A stretch of DNA of 25,645 bases, from contig CAZYCQ010000048.1 of the NCBI GenBank assembly GCA_964645535.1, positions 1 to 25,645 of the forward strand, in the 5' to 3' direction. This DNA comes from an uncultured archaeon (GTDB lineage: Archaea > Asgardarchaeota > Heimdallarchaeia > Heimdallarchaeales > Kariarchaeaceae). Of this stretch, positions 16,500-25,283 are shown one piece after another. Below the pieces are notes generated by a model. It was not told the DNA's origin, did not search any database, and worked only from the letters and a program-made list of their open reading frames with translations. Positions within the stretch are counted from its first letter, which is position 1. The number at the start of each line of letters is the position of its first letter. Position numbers and translations under genes: made by a program.

Positions 16500-16816
16500 T
16501 GAAAAATTTCAACTGCTCGCGGAAATCCGGACAAATTCGAAACACAATTCCGAAACCGATACACAAAGAGATCAGATCCCCTCATCAAAACTTCGCACAT
16601 AGTTTTTCCTAAACGCAAAATTCGACAACTACAAGAAAAGTGGATAAGGCACCATGCAAGCAAATTTCACGGAATAGGAAAATAAACACTGCCGACATTT
16701 CATATGGAACTGATGGAGGAAATGGGACAACAAGAATATGTTTGGTTTGGAGACATACTATCAGAATTTGGAATTCAATCAATGGATGTTTCCGGGAGTT
16801 TATACCATTTGTCAGA

Positions 16817-18121
16817 TCATATCATGGGAAAGGTCTTCGGTGCGTTTTTCGGAACTTCCTTGAAAAGCTTTTTCTGGAATTCATGGTAATCCACCTCAGT
16901 AGAATGCCTCGGAGTTTTTAGGTATTTCTTCAGCGTCTTTTTCCTATCCTTCTCAATCCTTTTCTCGATATTATTTGGCCATTGGTAGTTGCCAACAATA
17001 TAATTTGCCATAATTTGACCTTGAGTATCGGAAAGAGGCCAAATGCATCCCTGCGGCTGAACCAAACCGATAATTCCTAAAGTCGGGAATTTGGGGTGGA
17101 ACATTTTGAGGTAAAGATCAACATAATTCTTCTCACTGAAATCCAATTCGGGATAATCAAAAAAGGGGAAATTGATTTTATAGCCTGTTCCAAAGATTAC
17201 CGCATCATATTCTTCAGAAGAGCCGTCAGTAAAAACCACACTGTTTCCCTCAAATCGTTCAATATTGGGACGAGGATTGATATCCCCATGCCTAATCCGA
17301 TCAAGCAACGAGGAATTGAGGATTGGGTGAGTTTCAAGTAACTTATGATCTGGTTTGGGAAGCCCATACTTTTCATTGGATCCTACCACCATTTTCCAGA
17401 GCAGATAGAACATTCGTCTTCTCATCCATTCAGGCAACCAGCGAATTTTTGCATTCAAAACATCAGGAGGCATTCCAAGAAGAAGTTTGGGAACTACGTA
17501 ATATCCTCTTCTCCAACTTAAACCGGTGAATTTGGCAAAACGAGAGATATCAACAGCAATATCACAGGCAGAGTTTCCACCACCCACCACCAGAACGCGT
17601 TTGTCTTTGAATGGGATATTAGTTCTGTAATAATGGGAGTGCATTGTCTTGCCCGTGAACTCTCCAGGAAAATCAGGATATCTAGGATTCCAATGATGGC
17701 CATTCGCTACAATGAGATAGTCAAATGTTTCCTCTTCACCAGTATCTAGAGAAATAGTCCACGTTAAATCTCCATTCATTACTGCCTTCTTTACAGAGGT
17801 GTTGAATTTAATGAAAGGAGTGACTCCAAAATGATCCGCATAGTTTTGGAAATAAGCTTTCAACAATTCATGTCCAGGATAGTCAGGGTACCAATCAGGC
17901 ATGGGATAATCATGGTATTGAGACAGTTTCTTGGAACTGATGATGTGTGAAGTTTCGTAAACACTTGAATGACTAGGATTGGGAGAATAGACCCAATTGC
18001 CACCTACTTCAGAGTTCTTGTCGTAAACAATGAAATCTGTCAGACCCACCTGAAGAAGGTGCTTCGCAGCGGTAATGCCAGAAGGACCTGCACCTATAAC
18101 ACAAACTCGAGGTTGCTCCAT
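16817..18121 (-). CDS. Class B flavin-containing monooxygenase (FMO)
   Basis: GAGPSG (FAD), GG.W, FMO fingerprint FTGKTMHSHYY, GGGNSA.D (NADPH) and GTGY. ATG 18121 preferred. Confidence 0.95.
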   Translation of the reverse strand: MEQPRVCVIGAGPSGITAAKHLLQVGLTDFIVYDKNSEVGGNWVYSPNPSHSSVYETSHIISSKKLSQYHDYPMPDWYPDYPGHELLKAYFQNYADHFGVTPFIKFNTSVKKAVMNGDLTWTISLDTGEEETFDYLIVANGHHWNPRYPDFPGEFTGKTMHSHYYRTNIPFKDKRVLVVGGGNSACDIAVDISRFAKFTGLSWRRGYYVVPKLLLGMPPDVLNAKIRWLPEWMRRRMFYLLWKMVVGSNEKYGLPKPDHKLLETHPILNSSLLDRIRHGDINPRPNIERFEGNSVVFTDGSSEEYDAVIFGTGYKINFPFFDYPELDFSEKNYVDLYLKMFHPKFPTLGIIGLVQPQGCIWPLSDTQGQIMANYIVGNYQWPNNIEKRIEKDRKKTLKKYLKTPRHSTEVDYHEFQKKLFKEVPKNAPKTFPMI

Positions 18122-18299
18122 AGATGGCTGGACAGTACAGACCATAAAAAGTTTGTTTGGAACCGACCCCATATCATTTCAAACATTCGTAATGGTTCTA
18201 TCAACCAAATACAGAAATTCCCGATGTTGGAAACCATGAGGAACAATCTGGCTCAGAAAGGCAAGAAACGTTTTATTTCAGAAATTGTGGGTAGACAAT

Positions 18300-19277
18300 A
18301 TGGAATCATGGAAGGCGATGGTACTTGGAACAGATGCAGTAATCCTTATGTTAGTTTTATTCGCAGCACCTCAAGAGAGATGGAGTGCAAATGCAGGAGC
18401 AGCAATTCTGGTGGTGACATGTATGACTGCAATTCTTGTGTTCGGAATACCCTCGATTAAGATGCAACTTACAGTAAAATCAGAGCATGCACTTGCCATA
18501 GTTCTAGCAATTCCGTATTTGGCAGTTTTTATCACTGGAGGAAGTGGGATCAAACAATTCCCGACATTTGCCATTTGGTATATTCTTCCTGCAATTCTGA
18601 TGTGGATTTCTGGGAAGCTGGAGAACAGCACATTATCATCCCTATCTCTCATCGGAGGAGCTGCGATGCTATGGATTGGATTTGACCATAGGTACACGCG
18701 AGAGCTTTTTGAAGGATATTCTGACAGCTACCTTTTCAATTCTCTGTGGATGGCAGCTGTAGGATTGGTAGCATGTCAGGGGAGGATACTTACGAACCAC
18801 TCCTTTGACAATGGTATTTTTCCAACCAAGCAAGGAGCAAAAATAGCCAATATCGTCACACCCATTGCATCCCTCATTATTGTTCCCTTTGGACTGCTAA
18901 CCGGGTTTTTAGAGTGGAACCCTCAGATAGAGGTCACAGGAATCTTCATAGGTTTCATCGGGATATTCCTCACCATCTCTCTTCAGGAAGAACTCATTTT
19001 TCGAGGAATTACACTTCGGGAACTTGACCTGATGGCACACCAAACAACAAATCCCAATTTCTGGAAAAGAATGTCGTTGATCACCATTTCCATTCTGTTT
19101 GCCCTCACCCATTGGAACAATGAAACCAAACAATATGTCTTCCATTACTTTTTTGCTGCCTTTATTGCAGGCGTTGCTTATGGGATTGCTTACAGAAAGG
19201 GAGGAATGTTTGGAGCCATGCTTTCTCATACCCTTGTCGATTGGGTTTGGGCCTTATTGCTGAAACGGGTGGAATAG
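18300..19277 (+). CDS. CPBP (Rce1/Abi, type II CAAX) family intramembrane glutamic protease
   Basis: Polytopic protein with EELIFRG, S.LFALTH and SHTLVD motifs. ATG 18300 preferred over GTG 18285. Confidence 0.9.
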   Translation: MESWKAMVLGTDAVILMLVLFAAPQERWSANAGAAILVVTCMTAILVFGIPSIKMQLTVKSEHALAIVLAIPYLAVFITGGSGIKQFPTFAIWYILPAILMWISGKLENSTLSSLSLIGGAAMLWIGFDHRYTRELFEGYSDSYLFNSLWMAAVGLVACQGRILTNHSFDNGIFPTKQGAKIANIVTPIASLIIVPFGLLTGFLEWNPQIEVTGIFIGFIGIFLTISLQEELIFRGITLRELDLMAHQTTNPNFWKRMSLITISILFALTHWNNETKQYVFHYFFAAFIAGVAYGIAYRKGGMFGAMLSHTLVDWVWALLLKRVE

Positions 19278-19306
19278 TCTCCAGATATGGAAAACGCATT
19301 TAATCA

Positions 19307-20269
19307 ATGCACCAAAAATACCAAATTGTGAAAGTCTCACTTCGTATGATAGATCCGCAATTACGAATTCCAGGACTACTCATGAAATTTCTTTTTCCAC
19401 CAACTATGAAAGGATTCAGAAGGTTTCAGAAATTAGGAAACAGAGCAAGGGGAAAAAAAATCAAGGGGTTCCATTGTGATGAAACGAAAATACCCAGCAG
19501 GGATAAAGGGAGATCCATTAGAATTAGGATCTATCGTTCACAGGATGCAGGAACTGATGATCCAGGGATCCTTTATCTTCATGGAGGAGGCTATGCAATT
19601 AATGTTCCAGAAAGCGATCACCAGACCATCAAACGATTTCTTGAAACTCGTAACTGCACCATTATCGCGCCAGATTACAGAAAATCATTGGATCAGCCAT
19701 ATCCAGCCGCCCTCCATGATTCCATTGATACGATACGTTGGATGATGCAAAACCATGAAAAACTCAGGTTCAGACCAGACCAACTGTTCATTGCAGGAAG
19801 CAGTGCGGGAGGAGGCTTGGCAATTGCAACCGCATTGGCAACAAGAAATCAGGTTCCCATAGCACATGCATTCCCTCTTTACCCAATGATAGATTACCGG
19901 ATGCAAACTGAATCCATGAAGGACAATAATGCCCCAGTTTGGTCAGAATTGCATAACAGACTTGCATGGAAACTCTATCTGAGAAACACACCACAGATTG
20001 ATGAACTGGCATCACCATCACTGGCAGAAGACCTTACAAATCTCCCACCCGCGACCACCTTTATTGGAGACCTCGATCCTTTTCGAGATGAAACCTCCGA
20101 ATTTTTCAAACGTCTGAAATTATTGGGAATACAGACCGAGATAAAGATATTTGAACGGGCATTTCATGCTTTTGAAATTGTCAATCCAAGAGCTAAGGTC
20201 TCAAGGAAGGCAATAGGTTTCCTCAAGAAGGCCTTCAATAAAGCAGTAGACAATAGTTTCAGTGAATGA
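19307..20269 (+). CDS. Alpha/beta hydrolase, HSL/family IV esterase
   Basis: LHGGGY, PDYR...YPA...D, nucleophile GSSAGG, DPFRDE and FHAF. Confidence 0.93.
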   Translation: MHQKYQIVKVSLRMIDPQLRIPGLLMKFLFPPTMKGFRRFQKLGNRARGKKIKGFHCDETKIPSRDKGRSIRIRIYRSQDAGTDDPGILYLHGGGYAINVPESDHQTIKRFLETRNCTIIAPDYRKSLDQPYPAALHDSIDTIRWMMQNHEKLRFRPDQLFIAGSSAGGGLAIATALATRNQVPIAHAFPLYPMIDYRMQTESMKDNNAPVWSELHNRLAWKLYLRNTPQIDELASPSLAEDLTNLPPATTFIGDLDPFRDETSEFFKRLKLLGIQTEIKIFERAFHAFEIVNPRAKVSRKAIGFLKKAFNKAVDNSFSE

Positions 20270-20373
20270 AGAAAATACATGATCAGTGGGAAAACAAGAT
20301 TGCAAACCAAATTGTGACAAGCATCCGCGATTGTGGAGAAAAATAAAAATATGATTTGTGAAACAGCATATTC

Positions 20374-21093
20374 ATGAAACACATGACAGTGGTTCCCATT
20401 GTCCTGCTGCTTTTCTATATTATCACCCCAGCAAGAGGATCCATTTTAACCATGCACGATGATGTGGGTGATGTGGAAATAAACGGATGGCAGACAAACT
20501 CCAGCAAGAATTGGGCACCATATGCAGATCTCGTCAATCTGGAAGTTAAGGAACACAATGCCACGCATTATCAAATAAAGATTGAGGTTGATGGAAACTT
20601 AGAGAAATTCAAACCATTGCTATATGATAATTTCACTGTTTTCAGGATCTACTTTTCCGCTAGCGTCCAATGGGATTGTTTCATTGATTCCTGCAAATCG
20701 ATTTTCTCCTATTTTGACATTTATTTTGATGGGGTCAACAGAAGTGCAGTTGTAAGCGATAATGGAGAAACATTTTTGGTGGATTATTCGGTTTTGGGTG
20801 GAAATATCACTTCCTTTTTTCCCATTTCCAATGCATGGCAAGATGTTTTTGAGGAACGAATAAAAGGTGGTACCTATGAAAAAGTCATAGAGACCTATTT
20901 GAAATTTGAAAGTTTCTCGGTTAAATATGGCAATGTAGAAACAATCTTTGAGGATCATTTGCCAAACCTAGATTACTTTTTGACACGACAACAAACGCAG
21001 GAAGAGACCATACCCATCCCTGTCACCATGATAGGAATTTCTATGACAGGGCTGTCATATTTCCGATGGAGCAAAATGAGGAGATATTCTTGA
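20374..21093 (+). CDS. Hypothetical secreted protein with C-terminal membrane anchor (paralog A)
   Basis: Signal peptide, beta-rich acidic body, C-terminal hydrophobic stretch with basic tail. Clear similarity to the next ORF. Confidence 0.85.
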   Translation: MKHMTVVPIVLLLFYIITPARGSILTMHDDVGDVEINGWQTNSSKNWAPYADLVNLEVKEHNATHYQIKIEVDGNLEKFKPLLYDNFTVFRIYFSASVQWDCFIDSCKSIFSYFDIYFDGVNRSAVVSDNGETFLVDYSVLGGNITSFFPISNAWQDVFEERIKGGTYEKVIETYLKFESFSVKYGNVETIFEDHLPNLDYFLTRQQTQEETIPIPVTMIGISMTGLSYFRWSKMRRYS

Positions 21094-21812
21094 CGAGAAA
21101 CCTGATTTTTTTCAATAGGATGTTACAATTGGTGTTTCTAGGAATATTGCTAAGCACATGGACAGCTATGGAAGTACAAGGCAAGACCATTCAATCATCA
21201 GACGCAATCCATGATGTGGTAAGTTCACCTCCTGTTGAAACAGTTCCAGAAAACATGGTGTCCATTGTAGATCTGACAAATTCCCAGATACTTGATGAAA
21301 ATTCGACACATTATCGTCTTTCAATAGGCTTGGCCGGAAATCTTGAAAACATTGATACCGGGGGTTTCGTGAATGTCTCCTATTTCCATATAGACTTCTT
21401 TGCAAATGTTGAGTGGAATTGCTTGTTTGATGGTTGCGATCATTATTACAATACCATTAAAATTGAATATGATAGCGACAGCATGGAAGCTATTATCAAT
21501 GAGGTCACCATCATACCCTATTTTCTGCAGAACAACACCATTGAGATCATATTTGAGGCTACTGACAGGTGGAGAGACGTGATTGATCAGAGAATAGAAG
21601 AAGGAAGCTATGCAATAGGTTTGAAGACAACACTGAAGTTCGCGGAAGGATTACAGGAGCCTTATGCGGGAGTGGAACTTTGGGATATCTCGGAATTTGA
21701 TCTTGCCGATCCATCTCAGGAAAATAGTGCACAAATTGTGATCCCATTTTCATTCCCGGCAATGTTGGCGGCATTGGTTTTTGTAAAGTTTGTCAAACGC
21801 ACTAAAAATTAG
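21090..21812 (+). CDS. Hypothetical secreted protein with C-terminal membrane anchor (paralog B)
   Basis: Shares N.THY, GNLE, W.C..D.C, W.DV...RI..G.Y and T.LKF with paralog A. TTG 21090 overlaps the upstream TGA (alternative starts 21066 and 21120). Confidence 0.85.
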   Translation: MTRNLIFFNRMLQLVFLGILLSTWTAMEVQGKTIQSSDAIHDVVSSPPVETVPENMVSIVDLTNSQILDENSTHYRLSIGLAGNLENIDTGGFVNVSYFHIDFFANVEWNCLFDGCDHYYNTIKIEYDSDSMEAIINEVTIIPYFLQNNTIEIIFEATDRWRDVIDQRIEEGSYAIGLKTTLKFAEGLQEPYAGVELWDISEFDLADPSQENSAQIVIPFSFPAMLAALVFVKFVKRTKN

Positions 21813-21878
21813 AACAAGGATACAAACATAAATTTTTCAACACAAAAATCTTTTATTTCGAATTGTATCCAATATCTC

Positions 21879-22100
21879 ATGAATATTTTCGATTATCCAG
21901 GACTGATCCTTCTGGCAATTTTCATCATTATCGTTGCTGTTGCCATATATAAGGATGCCAAAAGTTCAAAACCCGTCTATGATGTCAGCAAAATCCATAC
22001 CATCACTCAAGGTTCAAACCTTCTGAATGCAAATGTTGAGAATGACAACAGGGCATTGAAAACAATGTCTGAAAAAAACAGAGGGAAAAATCTTGAATGA
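21879..22100 (+). CDS. Small single-pass membrane protein
   Basis: 73 aa with one strong N-terminal TM helix followed by YKDAK. A TATA-like TTTTATT lies about 27 nt upstream. Confidence 0.65.
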   Translation: MNIFDYPGLILLAIFIIIVAVAIYKDAKSSKPVYDVSKIHTITQGSNLLNANVENDNRALKTMSEKNRGKNLE

Positions 22101-22103
22101 CAT

Positions 22104-22991
22104 TCATCCATGTCGGGTTTTCCGGAGTATGACCATGACTATTGGAATGAAAACCACAACAGTTGGCAGAGAAACATTAGCCTTGGAGGAGGCACTGGTT
22201 TCTAAGGATGAGGAATTAAGTTGTTCTGCAACAAAGCGGATATTCCTTATTCTTGCATCAGCGAGAAGCTCATGTCCCATTGTGTAGTAGACTGTCCCTT
22301 GATCCCCTTGCTTCAAGGTGTGTGAAAGATCATATGTAAATCCATCATCCCAACCCAAACGCCATTCCTCCCACTCATATTCCCCATCCATCGTGACCCA
22401 AGTAGGCGAATACTTGAACGTCTGAAATCGTTCAAAATCGGTTCCCTTAGGAAAAGTTGAATCAATAAAGTCAGGGTCAATTGAGCCGGAAATCGAAAAG
22501 CTTTCATTGAAAAGCCAACCTACGTTCTGTTGTTCAGAAAGATCATAAACAGCATTGAACATTCCATTCCCTATACTGAACGTGAATCTTTCATTGCCGA
22601 TCCAGTACCCACCGGAGACAATGGTCAAGTTCAATTGCACGGGGGGTATCGTCCGATGGGTGGTCAGATCCCAAGAAAGAACATGGGATTCCGACCAACC
22701 CGCGGTTGAAGTAATATTCACCTCAATCGAACCAGCTGGAGTTGATGATGGGACTTTCAGCCAATATCTTCTGTTAACCTCAGGGAAAGTAAAATGAAAA
22801 ATTTCACCAGTTTCATATCGAACAGTGTAGTTTTCATTTCCATCATGGAATACCACAAAATAATCTTCGTTTCGTAGAACCTCGTCAACAGGCCATGAGT
22901 AAGAGAAGGACTGGTCTGTTTCAAGGGCAGACAGGGGAAAGAAACAAGTAAGCCAGAAGAATGCTCCAAGAAGGAAAAATCGAACTAACAT
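22104..22991 (-). CDS. Hypothetical secreted protein with Ser-rich linker and C-terminal membrane anchor
   Basis: Signal peptide, aromatic/acidic beta-rich body with many NxS/T sequons, SSSLETSASS linker, then TM helix + RKTRH. Confidence 0.85.
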   Translation of the reverse strand: MLVRFFLLGAFFWLTCFFPLSALETDQSFSYSWPVDEVLRNEDYFVVFHDGNENYTVRYETGEIFHFTFPEVNRRYWLKVPSSTPAGSIEVNITSTAGWSESHVLSWDLTTHRTIPPVQLNLTIVSGGYWIGNERFTFSIGNGMFNAVYDLSEQQNVGWLFNESFSISGSIDPDFIDSTFPKGTDFERFQTFKYSPTWVTMDGEYEWEEWRLGWDDGFTYDLSHTLKQGDQGTVYYTMGHELLADARIRNIRFVAEQLNSSSLETSASSKANVSLPTVVVFIPIVMVILRKTRHG

Positions 22992-23444
22992 AGCTTATCC
23001 TAGTCAATATGATTATTAAATAAATGGGGATTCAATTGTTTCTGTCCACTACAGAGAAGCAATGTGAAATGGAAGAGGGGAGATGGGACAGATAAGGGGG
23101 GGGTCGTTCTTTTCACCCCAACACATGGTCTTTAGATGTATTGCCAATGAAGAGACCAACCTGCATCAACCAAAAAGCAAATTCACAATTCAAGATGGAC
23201 ACCACCTCCCATCAGATTGATCAAAATCATCAGATCAATGAATGCAGAAATCAAAAAAAGTAATCTTCCGTGCCCCTTCGGGACTACAATTGTTGCCAAG
23301 GTGGAGGCATAGAACCAAAACCATAAATGGGGTTAGGAAAAGCAAAGGAGATCAGATACCAACAAGCATTGACTGAACGCAAGCAACAAGCAAAGAACCG
23401 AACAGTCTGCAATATGCTGAAATATCTCATTGCAATTCCAAATT

Positions 23445-24878
23445 ATGGATCCTGAAGCCATTTTCAGAGACAAGATGGATAGCCTCATCATGAATGAGAT
23501 GGAAAGAACAAACACGCCAGGAACAGCTGTAGCCGTCATCGATGATGGCAGGCTTGCCTTGACACGTTGCTATGGAGCAAGAGACTTTGAACGAAACAGA
23601 CCTGTGACACCGGATACAATGTTCAACATCGCATCAGTCACCAAGTCATTCATCTGTGCGGGAATTCTCAAGCTTCAGGAAGAAGCCAAGCTTGACATCG
23701 AAGATCCGATTGCAGAGTACCTGCCGGTGACCATTGGCTTTCAAGAGGAGCCCATACGTATCCACCACCTGATGACACATACTTCAGGCATACCCAACCT
23801 TACCGACGGACTTTGGGCAAGGAACAGGGAGCAGATGTTCAACATCCCCCCGGTTCCACGCATTCCCTTCACGTCTTGGGACGACGCCTTCAGGTTTCTG
23901 AATGGAGCACAAGAATTCCTGGTTCCTCCTGGAAGAAGGTTCCATTACAACAATTTTGCCTATGGACTTCTCTCAAAAATCATCGATGAGGTAGCGCAGG
24001 AATCCTTCAAGACATTTCTCAGAAAAAAGATATTGGATCCCCTCAATATGAAAAACACCGGATTTTATGACGAGATCAAAGAGAATAGCCTCTTGGCAAG
24101 AACATACATCACCAAGCCAGAAAGTGAGACACGGGAATTCATCCCCTACCCAGACCACAGGCCAGAATTCTCTGTGACAGAGGCGGCAGGAGGACTCTTC
24201 TCCACTGTTCAGGATCTCGCCAACTATATGAAACTGCACCTGGAGAAAGGATGGCGAAATGGCAACCAGATTTTGCTGGAAGAAAATGTACAGGCCATGC
24301 AGACGGTGCAATTCAGGGAACAATACCCCAATGCCTCGTTTGCAGCAGCCTATGGACAGACAAAATCAGGCTACGGCTTTGGATTTGCCATTGATGAGGA
24401 TTTCCATGGTCACAAACTGGTACAGCATTCCGGGAGTCACTTGGGAGCAAGCGCATGGTTCTGCTTCATACCCAAGCTCCGTCGGGGAATCATCATGCTG
24501 AGCAATCACCATCCCAGCCCAAGGATTTTCAGCCAAGCCATCATGCTAGAATCATTGGGACTCGATGCAACCATGAACTGGCAACTCCTGAAACTACGAA
24601 AACATCATGAACAACTCACCGGCATCTACCACACCTATCGAGGAATCAACAAAATCAAGGTCAGTTCCAAGGGAGGAGCCCTCCTGCTGGAAGACATGAA
24701 GGGAAGAACCCATGGTCAGCTGATCCCAATGAATGGAGATCCATATACCCTCGATTACTATCTGCCCACCGAAATGGGGGGAAAAGAGCCAGCTCAGTTC
24801 GAGAAAAAAAATGACACGGTCTGGCTAACCATTGAACGGAACCGATGGAAAAAGGTCAGGGATATTCGATCTTCATGA
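23445..24878 (+). CDS. Beta-lactamase-fold serine peptidase (S12), Pab87/CubicO-like
   Basis: SxxK (ASVTK), LMTHTSG, YxN (HYNN), AAGGL.S...D and HSG. C-terminal G.Y..Y.G...IERNR domain. No signal peptide. Start ATG 23445 (or TTG 23430). Confidence 0.9.
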   Translation: MDPEAIFRDKMDSLIMNEMERTNTPGTAVAVIDDGRLALTRCYGARDFERNRPVTPDTMFNIASVTKSFICAGILKLQEEAKLDIEDPIAEYLPVTIGFQEEPIRIHHLMTHTSGIPNLTDGLWARNREQMFNIPPVPRIPFTSWDDAFRFLNGAQEFLVPPGRRFHYNNFAYGLLSKIIDEVAQESFKTFLRKKILDPLNMKNTGFYDEIKENSLLARTYITKPESETREFIPYPDHRPEFSVTEAAGGLFSTVQDLANYMKLHLEKGWRNGNQILLEENVQAMQTVQFREQYPNASFAAAYGQTKSGYGFGFAIDEDFHGHKLVQHSGSHLGASAWFCFIPKLRRGIIMLSNHHPSPRIFSQAIMLESLGLDATMNWQLLKLRKHHEQLTGIYHTYRGINKIKVSSKGGALLLEDMKGRTHGQLIPMNGDPYTLDYYLPTEMGGKEPAQFEKKNDTVWLTIERNRWKKVRDIRSS

Positions 24879-25283
24879 ATTCGTTGAATTTACCTTTTGG
24901 GTGACTGAGGAGATAACTGCCTCCCTGTCCTTGGGATCCAGATGGAAAATGCCGATCTCCTCTTCGCCTTCATCCAGGTGGAGAATCAAGGCCGCCGGTT
25001 GCTTGTTGACTTTCGCATCTGACAACTTCACTTCCACTTCTCGAATATTGCTGAACATTATGGTTTTGTCAGTGATCTTGCTTTTGACAGTGAGCTTTTC
25101 GTCATCAATGCTAAGAGTGTATGTACGTACATCGATTGCATATACAACACCACCAATCATCAGGATGATGCCCACAATTGTCCCCCAAGGAAAAAAGAAG
25201 AGCATGGGAATTCCGACAATGACAGAAATCACAGCAACAAGAAGAGCCTTCTTTTTTCCACTAGGGCTGTTTTCATAGGTAAT
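24873..25283 (-). CDS. Membrane protein with 2 TM helices and a PH-like beta domain; start codon uncertain
   Basis: Two TM helices followed by Y.LSIDDEKL.VKS.....TI.FSNIREV. The frame is open up to 25316. Candidate starts are ATT 25283 and GTG 25232. Confidence 0.75.
   Translation of the reverse strand: MTYENSPSGKKKALLVAVISVIVGIPMLFFFPWGTIVGIILMIGGVVYAIDVRTYTLSIDDEKLTVKSKITDKTIMFSNIREVEVKLSDAKVNKQPAALILHLDEGEEEIGIFHLDPKDREAVISSVTQKVNSTNS

Noticed and set aside
16640-16921. Short plus-strand ORFs (93 aa and 61 aa) between the subtilase and FMO
   Set aside because: They overlap the FMO 3' end in antisense and show no motifs. At most a gene relic.
23445-24878. Beta-lactamase antibiotic-resistance gene
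   Set aside because: No signal peptide, an HSG rather than KTG motif, and an extra C-terminal domain all point to a peptidase.
795-25278. Numerous 60-165 aa alternative-frame and antisense ORFs in the track
   Set aside because: Nearly all overlap well-supported genes and lack motifs. Treated as shadow ORFs.
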